From the IMG/VR virus record IMGVR_UViG_3300023210_000044, positions 1 through 52,701 of that record: a DNA stretch of 52,701 nt, one strand, 5' to 3'. The DNA is from a virus (Duplodnaviria > Caudoviricetes). Made by a program: the position numbers and the translations under genes. The notes beneath the pieces are model-generated. The model did no database searches, was not told the origin of the DNA, and saw nothing but the letters and a program-made list of their open reading frames with translations. Shown in pieces: positions 16,462 through 26,713 of the stretch. Each line of letters begins with the position of its first letter. Within the stretch, counting starts at the first letter, position 1.

Positions 16462-17859
16462 ATGGTAGATCGGTATTACGCCAAAAAGACTACGATTGTC
16501 GCTTCTCCGAGTGACAGTAATGACGGCCTAGACCCTTGTGGGTTTGGCCTCAGTACTGCTGCGTGGGACGACACGGCCAAGACGCTAACCCAATCGGGAG
16601 CGTTCAGTAGCTACACATGGGCATCAGGTCACTTGATCTGGGTTAAGAGTTCAACCAGTTCGACACTGACTGCGGGTTATTATGAGATCACCAGTAAGAC
16701 TGATTCTGACACTATTGTTCTCGCCTTGTACACATCACCCCGCGAAGATTTCTCAGGGACATGGGGTGCAGGCAACGACACAAATGTAGTCACAAGCAGC
16801 GGGCCATTTTCAACAATCAGGAAACTGACGACAACAGTCCTGCTCGGCGGCGACGAGTGCTACATCGACAACGGTGGAACATGGCAAGAATCTGGCGGTC
16901 AGTTCAGTTGGGGCAGTATCACTGGAGACACATACAGTATTCCGCTACACGTTATCGGGACTGATGGAGCAGGTGTTCCCTTAGCCTTTCCTAACCGTGT
17001 AACTATCACTGGTGCGTCGATGTCCGCTGGTGCTGAAATCATGTATACAAACGATGGACTCCACATGGAGAACCTTCGGCTAACAGCGGCTAGAGATAAC
17101 GCACTCACAACGAGTGGCTCGATGGTGTCGCTATACAACTGTGAGATTGACAACGCTTTTGACATTGGTTGGTATATGAACAATCAGGATCAGAATGTCG
17201 CTATCGGTTGCGAGTTCCATGATAACGGCGAAGATGGTATTTACCAAGCTGCCGGGACTTTCTTATTCTGCTCTGTTTACGATAACGGTCAAGTAGGTAT
17301 CTATGGCATAAGCACTGAGCTTAATATCCATTGTTGTTACATTTACGGTAACGGCGAGCAGGGGATCAGGAAGCATAATACAGACCATTTAGTTATATCA
17401 AACTCGGTCATCGCAAATAATACGCTGGACGGTATATATTGTAGTGGCTCTGCCGGTGTCAGGCTGGCGGGCGTGATACTCGCAGGTAACGGTGGGTACG
17501 GTGTGGAGATAGCCTCAACATCTACCTCACGACCAGCGGCAGCTGGTCACGGCGTGATCTTTTGGAATAACACTAGCGGCAACTTTGGAGGTGCTGGAAT
17601 CAAAGCGATGGACTTCGCACTTGGTGTAAATAGTTACATCGACGCAGCTAGCGACCCGACTGCTGATTCTGTGAATGACGACTTCTCGATTGACGCAAGT
17701 GATGAGGCTTATGAACTGATGGGTTCAGTGGCAGGAACGATTGACCCTACTGCCGCAAACGCGATGGTCTATGATTCTGGAGCGTTTCAAGTTCGCGGCG
17801 GCGGCGGCGGCGGCAGCGCAAGCGGTGCCCGTAACCCAATGAGGGGACCAATGGGATGA
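16462..17859 (+). CDS. Right-handed beta-helix (pectin-lyase-like) tailspike/receptor-binding protein
   Basis: Repeated C.i.dNg..Gi units (HDNGEDGIY, YDNGQVGIY, YGNGEQGI, ANNTLDGIY). Confidence 0.75.
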   Translation: MVDRYYAKKTTIVASPSDSNDGLDPCGFGLSTAAWDDTAKTLTQSGAFSSYTWASGHLIWVKSSTSSTLTAGYYEITSKTDSDTIVLALYTSPREDFSGTWGAGNDTNVVTSSGPFSTIRKLTTTVLLGGDECYIDNGGTWQESGGQFSWGSITGDTYSIPLHVIGTDGAGVPLAFPNRVTITGASMSAGAEIMYTNDGLHMENLRLTAARDNALTTSGSMVSLYNCEIDNAFDIGWYMNNQDQNVAIGCEFHDNGEDGIYQAAGTFLFCSVYDNGQVGIYGISTELNIHCCYIYGNGEQGIRKHNTDHLVISNSVIANNTLDGIYCSGSAGVRLAGVILAGNGGYGVEIASTSTSRPAAAGHGVIFWNNTSGNFGGAGIKAMDFALGVNSYIDAASDPTADSVNDDFSIDASDEAYELMGSVAGTIDPTAANAMVYDSGAFQVRGGGGGGSASGARNPMRGPMG

Positions 17860-19439
17860 GTAATTACTTTGGCGACATAGCAGAAGATGCAACGATCCGC
17901 ATCCCGTTTAATACGTTTGATAGTAATGACCCTGCCGCAAGTGTCACGGCCACAGATTTGGCTGACGCGGACATTAAGGTTCACAAGGACGGTAGTGCCA
18001 CGCAGATCGTAACTGACGGGGCGACTATCTCGATTGACTTCGACGGGGCTGCGGGTTGTCACTACGCCATCATTGATACGAGTGCTCACTCGGATTACTC
18101 AACCGGGTCAGACTATGACGTAAGGCTGGAGGGGATCACCGTGGATGCGGGGACGTTGAACCCGTGGATCGGATCATTCAGCATTCAGAACCGATACTCA
18201 GCCGCCGCAATCGACGCAGTTAAAGCCGAAACCGCACTGATCGTCGCTGACACGAATGAACTCCAATCAGATGATGTGCCGGGATTAATCGCAACGCTAG
18301 ACGCTGTGGTCGATACCGTCAAAGTCGATACCGCTGCCATCCTTGTAGACACCGGAACAACCATCCCCGCCACGATCACAACGATTGATAATGAGATCGC
18401 AACTATCGATGGCATCGTTGACGCGATACTTGTAGACACCGGAACAACATTACCAGCAACGCTTGCGACTATTGATGGCATTGTTGACAGCATTCTTGTA
18501 GATACTAACGAGCTTCAAACTGATTGGGCTAATGGGGGCCGACTCGATCTTATTCTTGACACTGCGGCGGCTGGCGGTGGTGGTGGTGACGCGACCGAGG
18601 CCAAACAAGACACGATCATTGCTAATTTAGCTACCGTAGATGGTATCGTTGACAGCATTCTCGTTGATACCGGAACAACCATTCCTGCGACGATCACCAC
18701 CATTGACAACGAGATTGCAGTGATTGATGGCATCGTTGACGCGATACTCGTTGACACTGGAACAACATTACCAGCAACTCTCGCAACCATTGATGGAATC
18801 GTTGATGACATCCTTGTAGACACTGGAACGACGATACCCGCAACAATCACGACAGCACAAAACGATCTTGACATTATCACCGGAGCCAGCGGTGTAAATC
18901 TATTAACCGCAACACAGGCGAGCATTGACGCGATTGAGGCAGACACTAACGAGCTTCAAACTGATTGGGCTAATGGTGGACGCCTTGATCTTATCCTCGA
19001 CACGGCTGCGGCTGGCGGCGGCGGCGGCGGGGACGCGACTGAGGCTAAACAAGACACGATTATTGCAAATCTGGCTACCGTAGATGGTGTAGCAGATGCT
19101 ATACTGGTAGATACTAACGAGCTTCAAACTGATTGGGCTAATGGTGGTAGATTGGATTTAATTTTGGACGCAATCTTGGTAGATACATCAGCAACAGGTG
19201 GTGCAGGTGCCGATGCTACGACCCTCGATCTCAAGGTCGGCGGCGTTGCATTAGCAGATGCGGATGTGTGGCTGACAAGTGACTCAGCAGGCAACACGGT
19301 TGTAGCGGGTACCAAGCAGTCTGACTCAAATGGCGAAGTGTTATTTATGTTGGATAATGGCAACACTTATTACATCTGGGCTCAGAAAGATGGTTATAAT
19401 GCAATCCAAGGTGAGTCCTTTACAGCGAGTGCTGACTAA
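17856..19439 (+). CDS. Repeat-rich fibre-like virion protein
   Basis: Multiple IDGIVDAILVDTGTT(L/I)PAT repeats and three DTNELQTDWANGGRLDLILD repeats. Confidence 0.7.
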   Translation: MSNYFGDIAEDATIRIPFNTFDSNDPAASVTATDLADADIKVHKDGSATQIVTDGATISIDFDGAAGCHYAIIDTSAHSDYSTGSDYDVRLEGITVDAGTLNPWIGSFSIQNRYSAAAIDAVKAETALIVADTNELQSDDVPGLIATLDAVVDTVKVDTAAILVDTGTTIPATITTIDNEIATIDGIVDAILVDTGTTLPATLATIDGIVDSILVDTNELQTDWANGGRLDLILDTAAAGGGGGDATEAKQDTIIANLATVDGIVDSILVDTGTTIPATITTIDNEIAVIDGIVDAILVDTGTTLPATLATIDGIVDDILVDTGTTIPATITTAQNDLDIITGASGVNLLTATQASIDAIEADTNELQTDWANGGRLDLILDTAAAGGGGGGDATEAKQDTIIANLATVDGVADAILVDTNELQTDWANGGRLDLILDAILVDTSATGGAGADATTLDLKVGGVALADADVWLTSDSAGNTVVAGTKQSDSNGEVLFMLDNGNTYYIWAQKDGYNAIQGESFTASAD

Positions 19440-20206
19440 TGGGTAATAGCTTTACATTAACGGCGGCGGCGGCAGGGTCTGGGGTCGGTAAGGATGTCGC
19501 GTACTATCGTGGCCAGATCCACAACGCTCTGGGTGGTCGCATGGACGATCGCACCACGATCTACGAGGTCGTGAACGATGCGGGTCGTTACATGTTCTCC
19601 ATGGAGGAGTGGCCGTTTAACAAGCGGGTGCCTACTGATCTGGCCTTCACGGCGGATGATGCGTTCATTGCCTTGCCTGCTGACTTCGGCAAGATCATTA
19701 GCATCGAGGTGCCAAGCAACCTGCAGAACAGGGTACAGTTAACCTCGCCCGGCTATATTGAATACTTGCGAGGCTCTGACCTTCAAGATCCCTACAACTA
19801 CCACGTCGCCATCGTCTACCCCACGCAGACAGCCCAGACAGGGTCACAAGGCGTGCCTCGCCTTGAACTATGGCCAACGCCGGGCACGGCAGACACGACT
19901 GCCCTGCGGCTCGTCTACGAGGCGAAGTGGACAACACTGACTGCGGTGACCCATGTGCCCAACATCCCCTTGGAGGCTGAGCCCCTGTATTTACAGATCG
20001 TGCTCGCCTTCGCGAGGTCGCTTGACAACCCCAGTCTCAACTTAACCGAGTTACTTGGTACAATAAACGCAGGAACAATGTTCAGAAATCTGTCCCGAAC
20101 GTACGGGATGGCCCAGCGGTCGTTAGGTCTGTCCGAAGGAGGCATCGTGAACAATGCTCCTCGCGGTGAATACAGGCCGTTCGCAACAATCGCTGGTGCT
20201 TCTTAA
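19439..20206 (+). CDS. Probable head-tail adaptor
   Basis: EEWPF...LPADF...LELWPTP pattern of adaptor proteins. Confidence 0.65.
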   Translation: MGNSFTLTAAAAGSGVGKDVAYYRGQIHNALGGRMDDRTTIYEVVNDAGRYMFSMEEWPFNKRVPTDLAFTADDAFIALPADFGKIISIEVPSNLQNRVQLTSPGYIEYLRGSDLQDPYNYHVAIVYPTQTAQTGSQGVPRLELWPTPGTADTTALRLVYEAKWTTLTAVTHVPNIPLEAEPLYLQIVLAFARSLDNPSLNLTELLGTINAGTMFRNLSRTYGMAQRSLGLSEGGIVNNAPRGEYRPFATIAGAS

Positions 20207-20252
20207 TCTATAGTCCCCAAGCTTGGACTTTAAAAACAAAGGATCCCCCACC

Positions 20253-20600
20253 ATGAGTTTCAATCGAATCCAACGTGCAGTCGAAGGCCAAGCAATGGCT
20301 CCTCGATTTTCAATGAACAGTGAAGTGTTGGCGGCAGGAAAGACGCTCGCCTTGAATGATGCCCCCCACCAGCGATTCGATCCTGATGGTTCGACTCGCA
20401 TCATTGTCCTGCCTGCAGTTGCATTGGCAGATGGCTCTTGGTTTGAGATCCTCAACTGGGCTGGTGGTGCCGAAGATCTCACGATCAATGATGCGTCTGG
20501 CTCCACGATTGCAACGGTCTCGCAAAACGAAAGTTGCAAATTTGTGTGTGACGGTTCGGCGTGGTACCACATGGGCATCACTACGATCGCCTTGGCGTAA
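20253..20600 (+). CDS. Small beta-rich virion protein
   Basis: AAAGGA SD; IVLPA...ILN...LTI pattern. Confidence 0.65.
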   Translation: MSFNRIQRAVEGQAMAPRFSMNSEVLAAGKTLALNDAPHQRFDPDGSTRIIVLPAVALADGSWFEILNWAGGAEDLTINDASGSTIATVSQNESCKFVCDGSAWYHMGITTIALA

Positions 20601-20639
20601 GTTTGACTCCTTCAGTTAACTCTTGAAAGGAGTTTTATT

Positions 20640-21290
20640 ATGCAACAATCAAGAGAGGGCCATGCGTCCAACATCCCGCTGCGAAAGTATCTCACCTCTA
20701 TGAGTGTGCTGGATGCGTCGTTGGCAGCGGGTGTCGGCAACTCAGTATTTGCTGACTCGGACCTGCCCGCATCGGGCGAGCCCGACCACATCATTCCGTT
20801 TGGCGGAACCAAGAACCTGATGGTCATTCCGTTTGGAACGCAGACCGGGGGAACCCCATCTGTTGAAACGCTGACGATACGTTTGACGCTGTGGGATTTT
20901 ATGGACCTCGCGGCAACAGACGAAGCCTCCAGCAAGCTGTGGATACCATCCGAAGTCGTCGAAGGGTTGTTCACGTTGGGGTCAAGGGCTCCGACCACGT
21001 TAGCCTTGACGGCCAACGATGATGTTGTGGCGGCGAGCACATTCTTTACCGACACTGCCGCTGCGTCATCGCAGTTTGAGTCACCAATTCAGACAGTTGG
21101 CGGGACACTTGGAATCTCCGCACCGCAGGTGAGCGACCTTAACGGCGTCACCTTAACCGGCACTGGTGGTATTGTTGACACTACGCCAGCGGCATTGACC
21201 CTTGCAAACAGCAAGGGCTTCTACGGTTGGTCTCTGGCGTTTGAAAAAGAAACAGCTGGCAGCTGCAACGCTTTGTATAGGATGTTCTAA
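20640..21290 (+). CDS. Hypothetical virion protein
   Basis: AAGGAG SD. Confidence 0.75.
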   Translation: MQQSREGHASNIPLRKYLTSMSVLDASLAAGVGNSVFADSDLPASGEPDHIIPFGGTKNLMVIPFGTQTGGTPSVETLTIRLTLWDFMDLAATDEASSKLWIPSEVVEGLFTLGSRAPTTLALTANDDVVAASTFFTDTAAASSQFESPIQTVGGTLGISAPQVSDLNGVTLTGTGGIVDTTPAALTLANSKGFYGWSLAFEKETAGSCNALYRMF

Positions 21291-21986
21291 GTGACATTGA
21301 TGACGCTTGACACTGCCCGGACCACACTGCAAGACTCTGTTGCTCATGTGGGTACCGGCACGTACGACGAAGACGACTTGGATATCGCTATCCTTGCCGC
21401 TTGTCGTCACTTCATCAATGCGACCAACTGTTACACCCTCACTGAGACATGGACGATTGCCGCAGGTGATGGCAGTGTTGCGACGAGTGCGATCACGGGG
21501 TTAACCACACCTTGGTCACCGTCTATGTACCTCCACTCCTACAACTCCAGTGGCAGTGGGTTTATTTACATGCGGCTGCTTGACGAAAGTGCATGGATGG
21601 ATCTGATGTCGGTGACGGCGACGGCGGTTGCGAGTACCAACATCACTCGGATCATGTTCCCTAATGAAACCGAGATGTATTATCATCCCGCCAACAGCGA
21701 CTCGTTCACCATGCGTGTGACACGTCGTGGCGGCTTTGACTTTACGATCGGTCATGAAACGCCAGCCAGCGTGTCAATCCCTGTCCCTGAAAACTTTATC
21801 TACGACGTGCTCTGGTACGGCGCGAAGCACTACTTGCACAAGGGTGCGCCGGGTCATCCTGATGCCGACAATGTCCGTCAAGATTGGCTCCGTGTGATCG
21901 AGATGGGCAAAGAGCATTACAAGGTTGGGATGCCCAGCAGCAGGAGCCGCGACGTTAGGCCAAGGAACAGACGCGGAGGTAAATAG
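21291..21986 (+). CDS. Possible second adaptor-like protein
   Basis: Pattern similar to 19439-20206 (YHPA...IPVPENF). Confidence 0.55.
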   Translation: MTLMTLDTARTTLQDSVAHVGTGTYDEDDLDIAILAACRHFINATNCYTLTETWTIAAGDGSVATSAITGLTTPWSPSMYLHSYNSSGSGFIYMRLLDESAWMDLMSVTATAVASTNITRIMFPNETEMYYHPANSDSFTMRVTRRGGFDFTIGHETPASVSIPVPENFIYDVLWYGAKHYLHKGAPGHPDADNVRQDWLRVIEMGKEHYKVGMPSSRSRDVRPRNRRGGK

Positions 21987-22798
21987 TGAGCAACTATCCT
22001 CTGTCTCAGCAGGGCCTCTTCACGCCGATTGATGGCACCAGTTCTATTCTTCATGGCACTGTCGCTTGGGCAACCAAGCAGCGACTTTATGATGTGACTG
22101 GGGTCCAAGGTAGCGGCAGTGAAATCATCGCCGACTGCTCTCCTCAATACGGCTTTGGTGCTGAGTTTGACGAGATGGCCAGTCAGGGCTGGGTCTTCAA
22201 TAAACATTACACCTCTGGCGAAAAGTCTTCCATCACATTGGGTAACGTCGTAGTCAGGCCAACGCGGTGGTCTCTTCAAAAAGTCTGGCCTTTGTATGAA
22301 GTCTCTGGGGTCGGCCCTCATGGCCAGTGCGACGAGACGGCTAAGTGGGCAGCGGGTACGCCCGAGTTTATCCTGACGTGCGAAGGCTATCCCTTGCAAA
22401 CGACAGGTCCAGTGGTCCGTACTAAATTGGTCCCTGTTACGTTTGTCGCTTCAGGCATCGGCACGATGACTTGGTCGAACGATGCACATGTAGAGACATT
22501 TGAGTTCGCCAATCAATTCACCAAGGGTGGCAACTCGGTCTTTCGATTCAGGGGCAAGATCGCAGGGGACATGACGTTGTCTGCTGTCCCGGCAGCGGAC
22601 GCCGCCGACTTGAAGTGGTTGCTGGAAGCCAAGAAGCCAGTGCGGGGAACCTTCACGCTGGATGGTGATGCGGAGACCATCTCTGAAAAAGCTATCATGT
22701 ATGACGTCAGCCTCAAGTACAACGCCGCGTACGGCGGGCACGTTACCGCGAGCACGAAGATGCGTGTTGATGCTAAAGACGAAGGGATTTATGTATGA
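21986..22798 (+). CDS. Hypothetical tail protein
   Basis: GGAGG SD; beta-rich. Confidence 0.65.
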   Translation: MSNYPLSQQGLFTPIDGTSSILHGTVAWATKQRLYDVTGVQGSGSEIIADCSPQYGFGAEFDEMASQGWVFNKHYTSGEKSSITLGNVVVRPTRWSLQKVWPLYEVSGVGPHGQCDETAKWAAGTPEFILTCEGYPLQTTGPVVRTKLVPVTFVASGIGTMTWSNDAHVETFEFANQFTKGGNSVFRFRGKIAGDMTLSAVPAADAADLKWLLEAKKPVRGTFTLDGDAETISEKAIMYDVSLKYNAAYGGHVTASTKMRVDAKDEGIYV

Positions 22799-22938
22799 CC
22801 GACGAACAAGCACAGCAGATGCTCGACGCGATCGAGGCTCAAAAAGAAGCCCTCGATAAGATCCTCGTTGCCATTCAAGAGCTTCCTGAGGTCACTGCTT
22901 TTGCCATCGCTCGCGAGTTAGGGGTGGACAATGGCTAA
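22795..22938 (+). CDS. Small 47-aa protein (MTDEQAQQMLDAIEAQKEALDKILVAIQELPEV...)
   Basis: Below the ORF-track cutoff; ATGA overlap upstream, overlaps the next start and fills the gap exactly. Confidence 0.7.
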   Translation: MTDEQAQQMLDAIEAQKEALDKILVAIQELPEVTAFAIARELGVDNG

Positions 22939-23842
22939 CTTACATCGCAGGCGGATCTTCTCCGGCACGACCGCGACAAGGGGCGTCACCGATCCTCGTG
23001 ACACCATGTTCCGAGAGCTGCTTCACTTCGACAACGTCACACCCGGCGTGGTCGAGAAGGCTGTTGACAAAGCCCTGACTGTTCTCCCGACCGTCCGAAC
23101 TATCTCTGGGTCGAACTGCTCGTTGATTGATGTTTCGGGTCGCCTGATGTCGTGTGATACGGCGATGGTTACTGCTCGCTACGGCAACAAGGCGAGCAAC
23201 GGCGGTACCAACAAGGAGCAGAACATCGACATGGATCTGGGGTTCGCCTCTGTCCAGTGGGTGCAGACTGCATTGCCATATGTCGAACCACCTCGTACGG
23301 CTGGGAAGACGTACGAGCAGTGGGTATTGGCTTATCAAGCACTCATTGACGCCGCAGTTGCGGCGACTGATGGTGGCGAGGGTTCGTTTGATGACAACGG
23401 CATGCCCAGCGGTGCGGCGAACACTAATGGCGCGGGCAGGATTGCACCTTATGCGTATCAGGTTCCGGTCTGGACGATCCGTGTTCGTGCCGTGTTGAAC
23501 AGCCACCCGGGTCCACGGATTAAAGTTTATAGCACGAGGCGGGTGAATAAGGTTCCTATCACATGGGCTGGATTTCGGTTCGAGGCTCGCACGCTTCGCT
23601 TCGACGGCGTCAAGACGCGGCAGTATGGCAATAAGTGGAACTGCATGTACAGCTTCTCTTACAAGGGTGGCGGGTGGCACGAGCAGCGACTGATCGGTGC
23701 GACATGGAAGCCCACGGACTCTGACGGTGAGCCGGAGAAGGATAGCTCGGGCAACGCTATAGAAACAAGGTCTGCCGCTTTCGGTACGACTCCGATGTAT
23801 AAATCTCTCAGTTTTGAGTCACCCGGCTTCCCGGACAAGTAA
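22931..23842 (+). CDS. Hypothetical tail protein
   Basis: Operon context. Confidence 0.7.
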   Translation: MANLHRRRIFSGTTATRGVTDPRDTMFRELLHFDNVTPGVVEKAVDKALTVLPTVRTISGSNCSLIDVSGRLMSCDTAMVTARYGNKASNGGTNKEQNIDMDLGFASVQWVQTALPYVEPPRTAGKTYEQWVLAYQALIDAAVAATDGGEGSFDDNGMPSGAANTNGAGRIAPYAYQVPVWTIRVRAVLNSHPGPRIKVYSTRRVNKVPITWAGFRFEARTLRFDGVKTRQYGNKWNCMYSFSYKGGGWHEQRLIGATWKPTDSDGEPEKDSSGNAIETRSAAFGTTPMYKSLSFESPGFPDK

Positions 23843-23843
23843 T

Positions 23844-24311
23844 ATGCCTATTGAAGATCATGATCCATTTACGGGGACAAGTCCATTCAACAGGACGGAA
23901 CTGTTGAACGAGATGGCTTCGATTGTCCAGCGCGTCATGAAGATGACTGGCGGCCCGGGGATCCTATTGCAAAACTCGGACGGCGGTATCACGATCGCCA
24001 CGATCGACGAGGACGGTGATGAAGGCGGCAGTAGCGGCGGCGGCATGTTCGCTGTCTTGGTCCAATGGGACGGCTTTGGCAACTCGGGTAGTGCCACTGA
24101 GCAATGCTCCTACACTTACGACGTGAGAAGCCTGAGTGGCCAAGAGCTGGGTAAGGGTTTGTCACCGCTTAAGAACCGATCGCTATTCGGCAAGTATACT
24201 GCCCCCACTCGCGGCGACTTCAACGTGTATGGCACGGGGTTTTATACTGGTGACGGCACGTTCAGGTTATATGATGCGAACGAAGTTTACTCTACCGAGG
24301 AATGTGCCTAA
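23844..24311 (+). CDS. Hypothetical tail protein
   Basis: ATG 1 nt after the previous stop. Confidence 0.7.
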   Translation: MPIEDHDPFTGTSPFNRTELLNEMASIVQRVMKMTGGPGILLQNSDGGITIATIDEDGDEGGSSGGGMFAVLVQWDGFGNSGSATEQCSYTYDVRSLSGQELGKGLSPLKNRSLFGKYTAPTRGDFNVYGTGFYTGDGTFRLYDANEVYSTEECA

Positions 24312-24805
24312 TGCCGAGTGATGGTATTGTCACAATTACAAGTGATGGAAAGTTCTCGCTCAAGAATGGCGTGCTTGATATATGTGACGAGTGCTGTGGA
24401 GATTGTTTTTCCTCATGCCAACAAACGCCAACCAACTCGCCAACGTGTGGCACTTTAGTTCCCGGTATTTGCGGAGCAACAATACCTTCGCTGTATGACG
24501 TTGCGCCAAGTTACACCGACGCGGTGAGTTACCACGTTTGGACATGGGAGGGAGATATATTTGATACACCATCGCTAAATTTTATCTTAGAGGTGAGATG
24601 TCAGGTTAGTGACCAGCAAGTTGGCGCGAGAAGCCTCACGAGCGTCACCAATCCAGACATGGGTGGCAACGATTCGGCGTGGGCAGGATTCAAAGACATC
24701 ACCGGCAATTTATCATGCGGCGGGGACGGCAACTTGTCAGGGAGTTTTAGTTTAGAAGGGCTTGATGGCGGGTGTGAGGCAGACATTGCGACGTTTACAT
24801 TATGA
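24311..24805 (+). CDS. Cys-rich hypothetical tail-tip protein
   Basis: CDECCGDCFSSC motif; TAATG overlap with the previous gene. Confidence 0.65.
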   Translation: MPSDGIVTITSDGKFSLKNGVLDICDECCGDCFSSCQQTPTNSPTCGTLVPGICGATIPSLYDVAPSYTDAVSYHVWTWEGDIFDTPSLNFILEVRCQVSDQQVGARSLTSVTNPDMGGNDSAWAGFKDITGNLSCGGDGNLSGSFSLEGLDGGCEADIATFTL

Positions 24806-25458
24806 TTCCAAAAGTATTTCATCTTGTATGGGGCCACGATAAGCCGCTGCCTGATTACGGCGTGAAGCATATCGCGAAACTCAAAGAGCTATACCCTAGC
24901 TGGAAGGTAAAAGTGTGGCTGGACTTCCCGCACGAACGTGTCACCGGGGACGCGATGGATATTGCCGCGAACTATGGGGCGAGATCTGACATTATGCGGT
25001 TGGAAATCTTGCACAGGTTCGGCGGGTGCTACCTTGACGTGGACGTTGAACCCTTAAAGGTATTCCCTTGGTTTGATACATTCAGTAATATATCATGCAA
25101 GCAGTCGGCAGGCGTCGGCTCGCACTTCATCGCCGTACCGCCAAAGTCTGTTGCGATGAGATCAGCTCTTGGTCGCATCAACAAGGTAGTATCTATATTA
25201 CCAACCATTACAAAGCACCAGACGTTCGTGAATACTGGGCCGGACATGTGTAGCATTGTGTTTATGTCGTGTAAAGACATGACCATTATCGATAAGCCCG
25301 TGATTGAAAAGTATTTCAAGCATCATAAAGCCGGATCGTGGTTAAAGCACGAAATTTCTCGATCAGATGTTAAACTAGTGGGCGAGGCGAATCTGGTAGG
25401 ATGGGAAGAATCCAAGGCAAGATTAAAAGAAGGCGGGTGTTGCGACCCGGTTGTATAA
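24802..25458 (+). CDS. Glycosyltransferase, GT32/Gly_transf_sug (DxD)
   Basis: MIPKVFHLVW...SDIMRLEILHRFGGCYLDVDVE...TGP. Confidence 0.9.
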   Translation: MIPKVFHLVWGHDKPLPDYGVKHIAKLKELYPSWKVKVWLDFPHERVTGDAMDIAANYGARSDIMRLEILHRFGGCYLDVDVEPLKVFPWFDTFSNISCKQSAGVGSHFIAVPPKSVAMRSALGRINKVVSILPTITKHQTFVNTGPDMCSIVFMSCKDMTIIDKPVIEKYFKHHKAGSWLKHEISRSDVKLVGEANLVGWEESKARLKEGGCCDPVV

Positions 25459-25468
25459 GGAATAAATC

Positions 25469-26713
25469 ATGGCTACTAGATATTGGCTCGGTAAAGCGTT
25501 GGGCATCGCCCAAGTGGACACGGTCGAAGTCACAGCGTATCACGCGGACACGACCTACACCTTAACGGTCAACGGTGTTGCGGTGGTCACGCAGGTTGGC
25601 GACACCAACGTCACGGTCACCGCTGCCGCGATGGCAACCAAGTGGAACGCCAGCCTCCACCCTTACTGTATTGGCATCACCGCCAGCAACGCGTCTGGCG
25701 TGATCACCCTGACGGCGGACCAGTTGGGTGAGCCCAACACCGTCACCTCCTCCAAGTCAGGTACCGGCACGATCGGCAGTGTGACATCTGTCACTGCTGC
25801 AACCGGACCACGCTGGTGGAACAACGCGGCCAACTGGTCCGGCGATACTGTTCCTGTATCGACCGACATTGTCATCATCGACAACAGCACGATCGACATC
25901 CTCTTTGGCATCGACCAGTCTGGCATGTCCGGCCAGTTCGCAAACGTCACCGTGGGCCGAGGATATAGGGGCGTCATCGGTCTCAACGCTCACGCCTTCT
26001 TCGTCAATGGCTCGGACAACGCTTCGGCGACCGAGTACCGAGAGACGTACCTCAAGATCAAGTGCAACGGGTTCATCGAGATCGGCAAGGACACGGGCAC
26101 GGGTACCGAGCAGATGTCGCGCCGCATCAAGATTCACTCCGGTGCGACCGAGGTGGACTTCATCGTCTACAACACGGAGGCAATCGACAATAGTGTGGAT
26201 GTGCCCAAGCCCTGTGTTCAGCTGAACATGACTCACGCCACTTCCACATTGGAGGTGCGTGGTGGAGAGGTAGGTGTGGCTGTCGCCATTGAAGGTGAGA
26301 CCGCTACGCTGGGGACGATCACTAATACGGGCGGTCGTATCATCACGGGCAGCGGCCTGACGCTGACGACGTATGTCCAGACAGGGGCTTCGTCCGAGGG
26401 GTCGCAGCTCCATCTTGCGGCAACGCTGACCACGCTGACAAACAATGGCGGCGACACCACGACCAGCGGTAGTTATGCGATTACGACAGTAAATACGTCA
26501 GCGGGTCAGGTAATCAGTAACTCGACTGGTACAATAACGACAGCGAACTCCACTGGCGGTCACCTTGATTTTAGTAAGTCGAGAGCGGCACGAACAGTTA
26601 CAACGGCGAAGGTGGACGCCCCCGGTTCAATCTCCTTCGACCCAGCGTACCTGACGCTGACTAACAAGGTTACGTCCAACGATCCGGTTCGATACACAGC
26701 AACGGCGGCATAA
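25469..26713 (+). CDS. Thr/Gly-rich beta-solenoid virion protein
   Basis: WNNAANWSGDTVP motif and T-rich repeats; AAGGA SD. Confidence 0.7.
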   Translation: MATRYWLGKALGIAQVDTVEVTAYHADTTYTLTVNGVAVVTQVGDTNVTVTAAAMATKWNASLHPYCIGITASNASGVITLTADQLGEPNTVTSSKSGTGTIGSVTSVTAATGPRWWNNAANWSGDTVPVSTDIVIIDNSTIDILFGIDQSGMSGQFANVTVGRGYRGVIGLNAHAFFVNGSDNASATEYRETYLKIKCNGFIEIGKDTGTGTEQMSRRIKIHSGATEVDFIVYNTEAIDNSVDVPKPCVQLNMTHATSTLEVRGGEVGVAVAIEGETATLGTITNTGGRIITGSGLTLTTYVQTGASSEGSQLHLAATLTTLTNNGGDTTTSGSYAITTVNTSAGQVISNSTGTITTANSTGGHLDFSKSRAARTVTTAKVDAPGSISFDPAYLTLTNKVTSNDPVRYTATAA

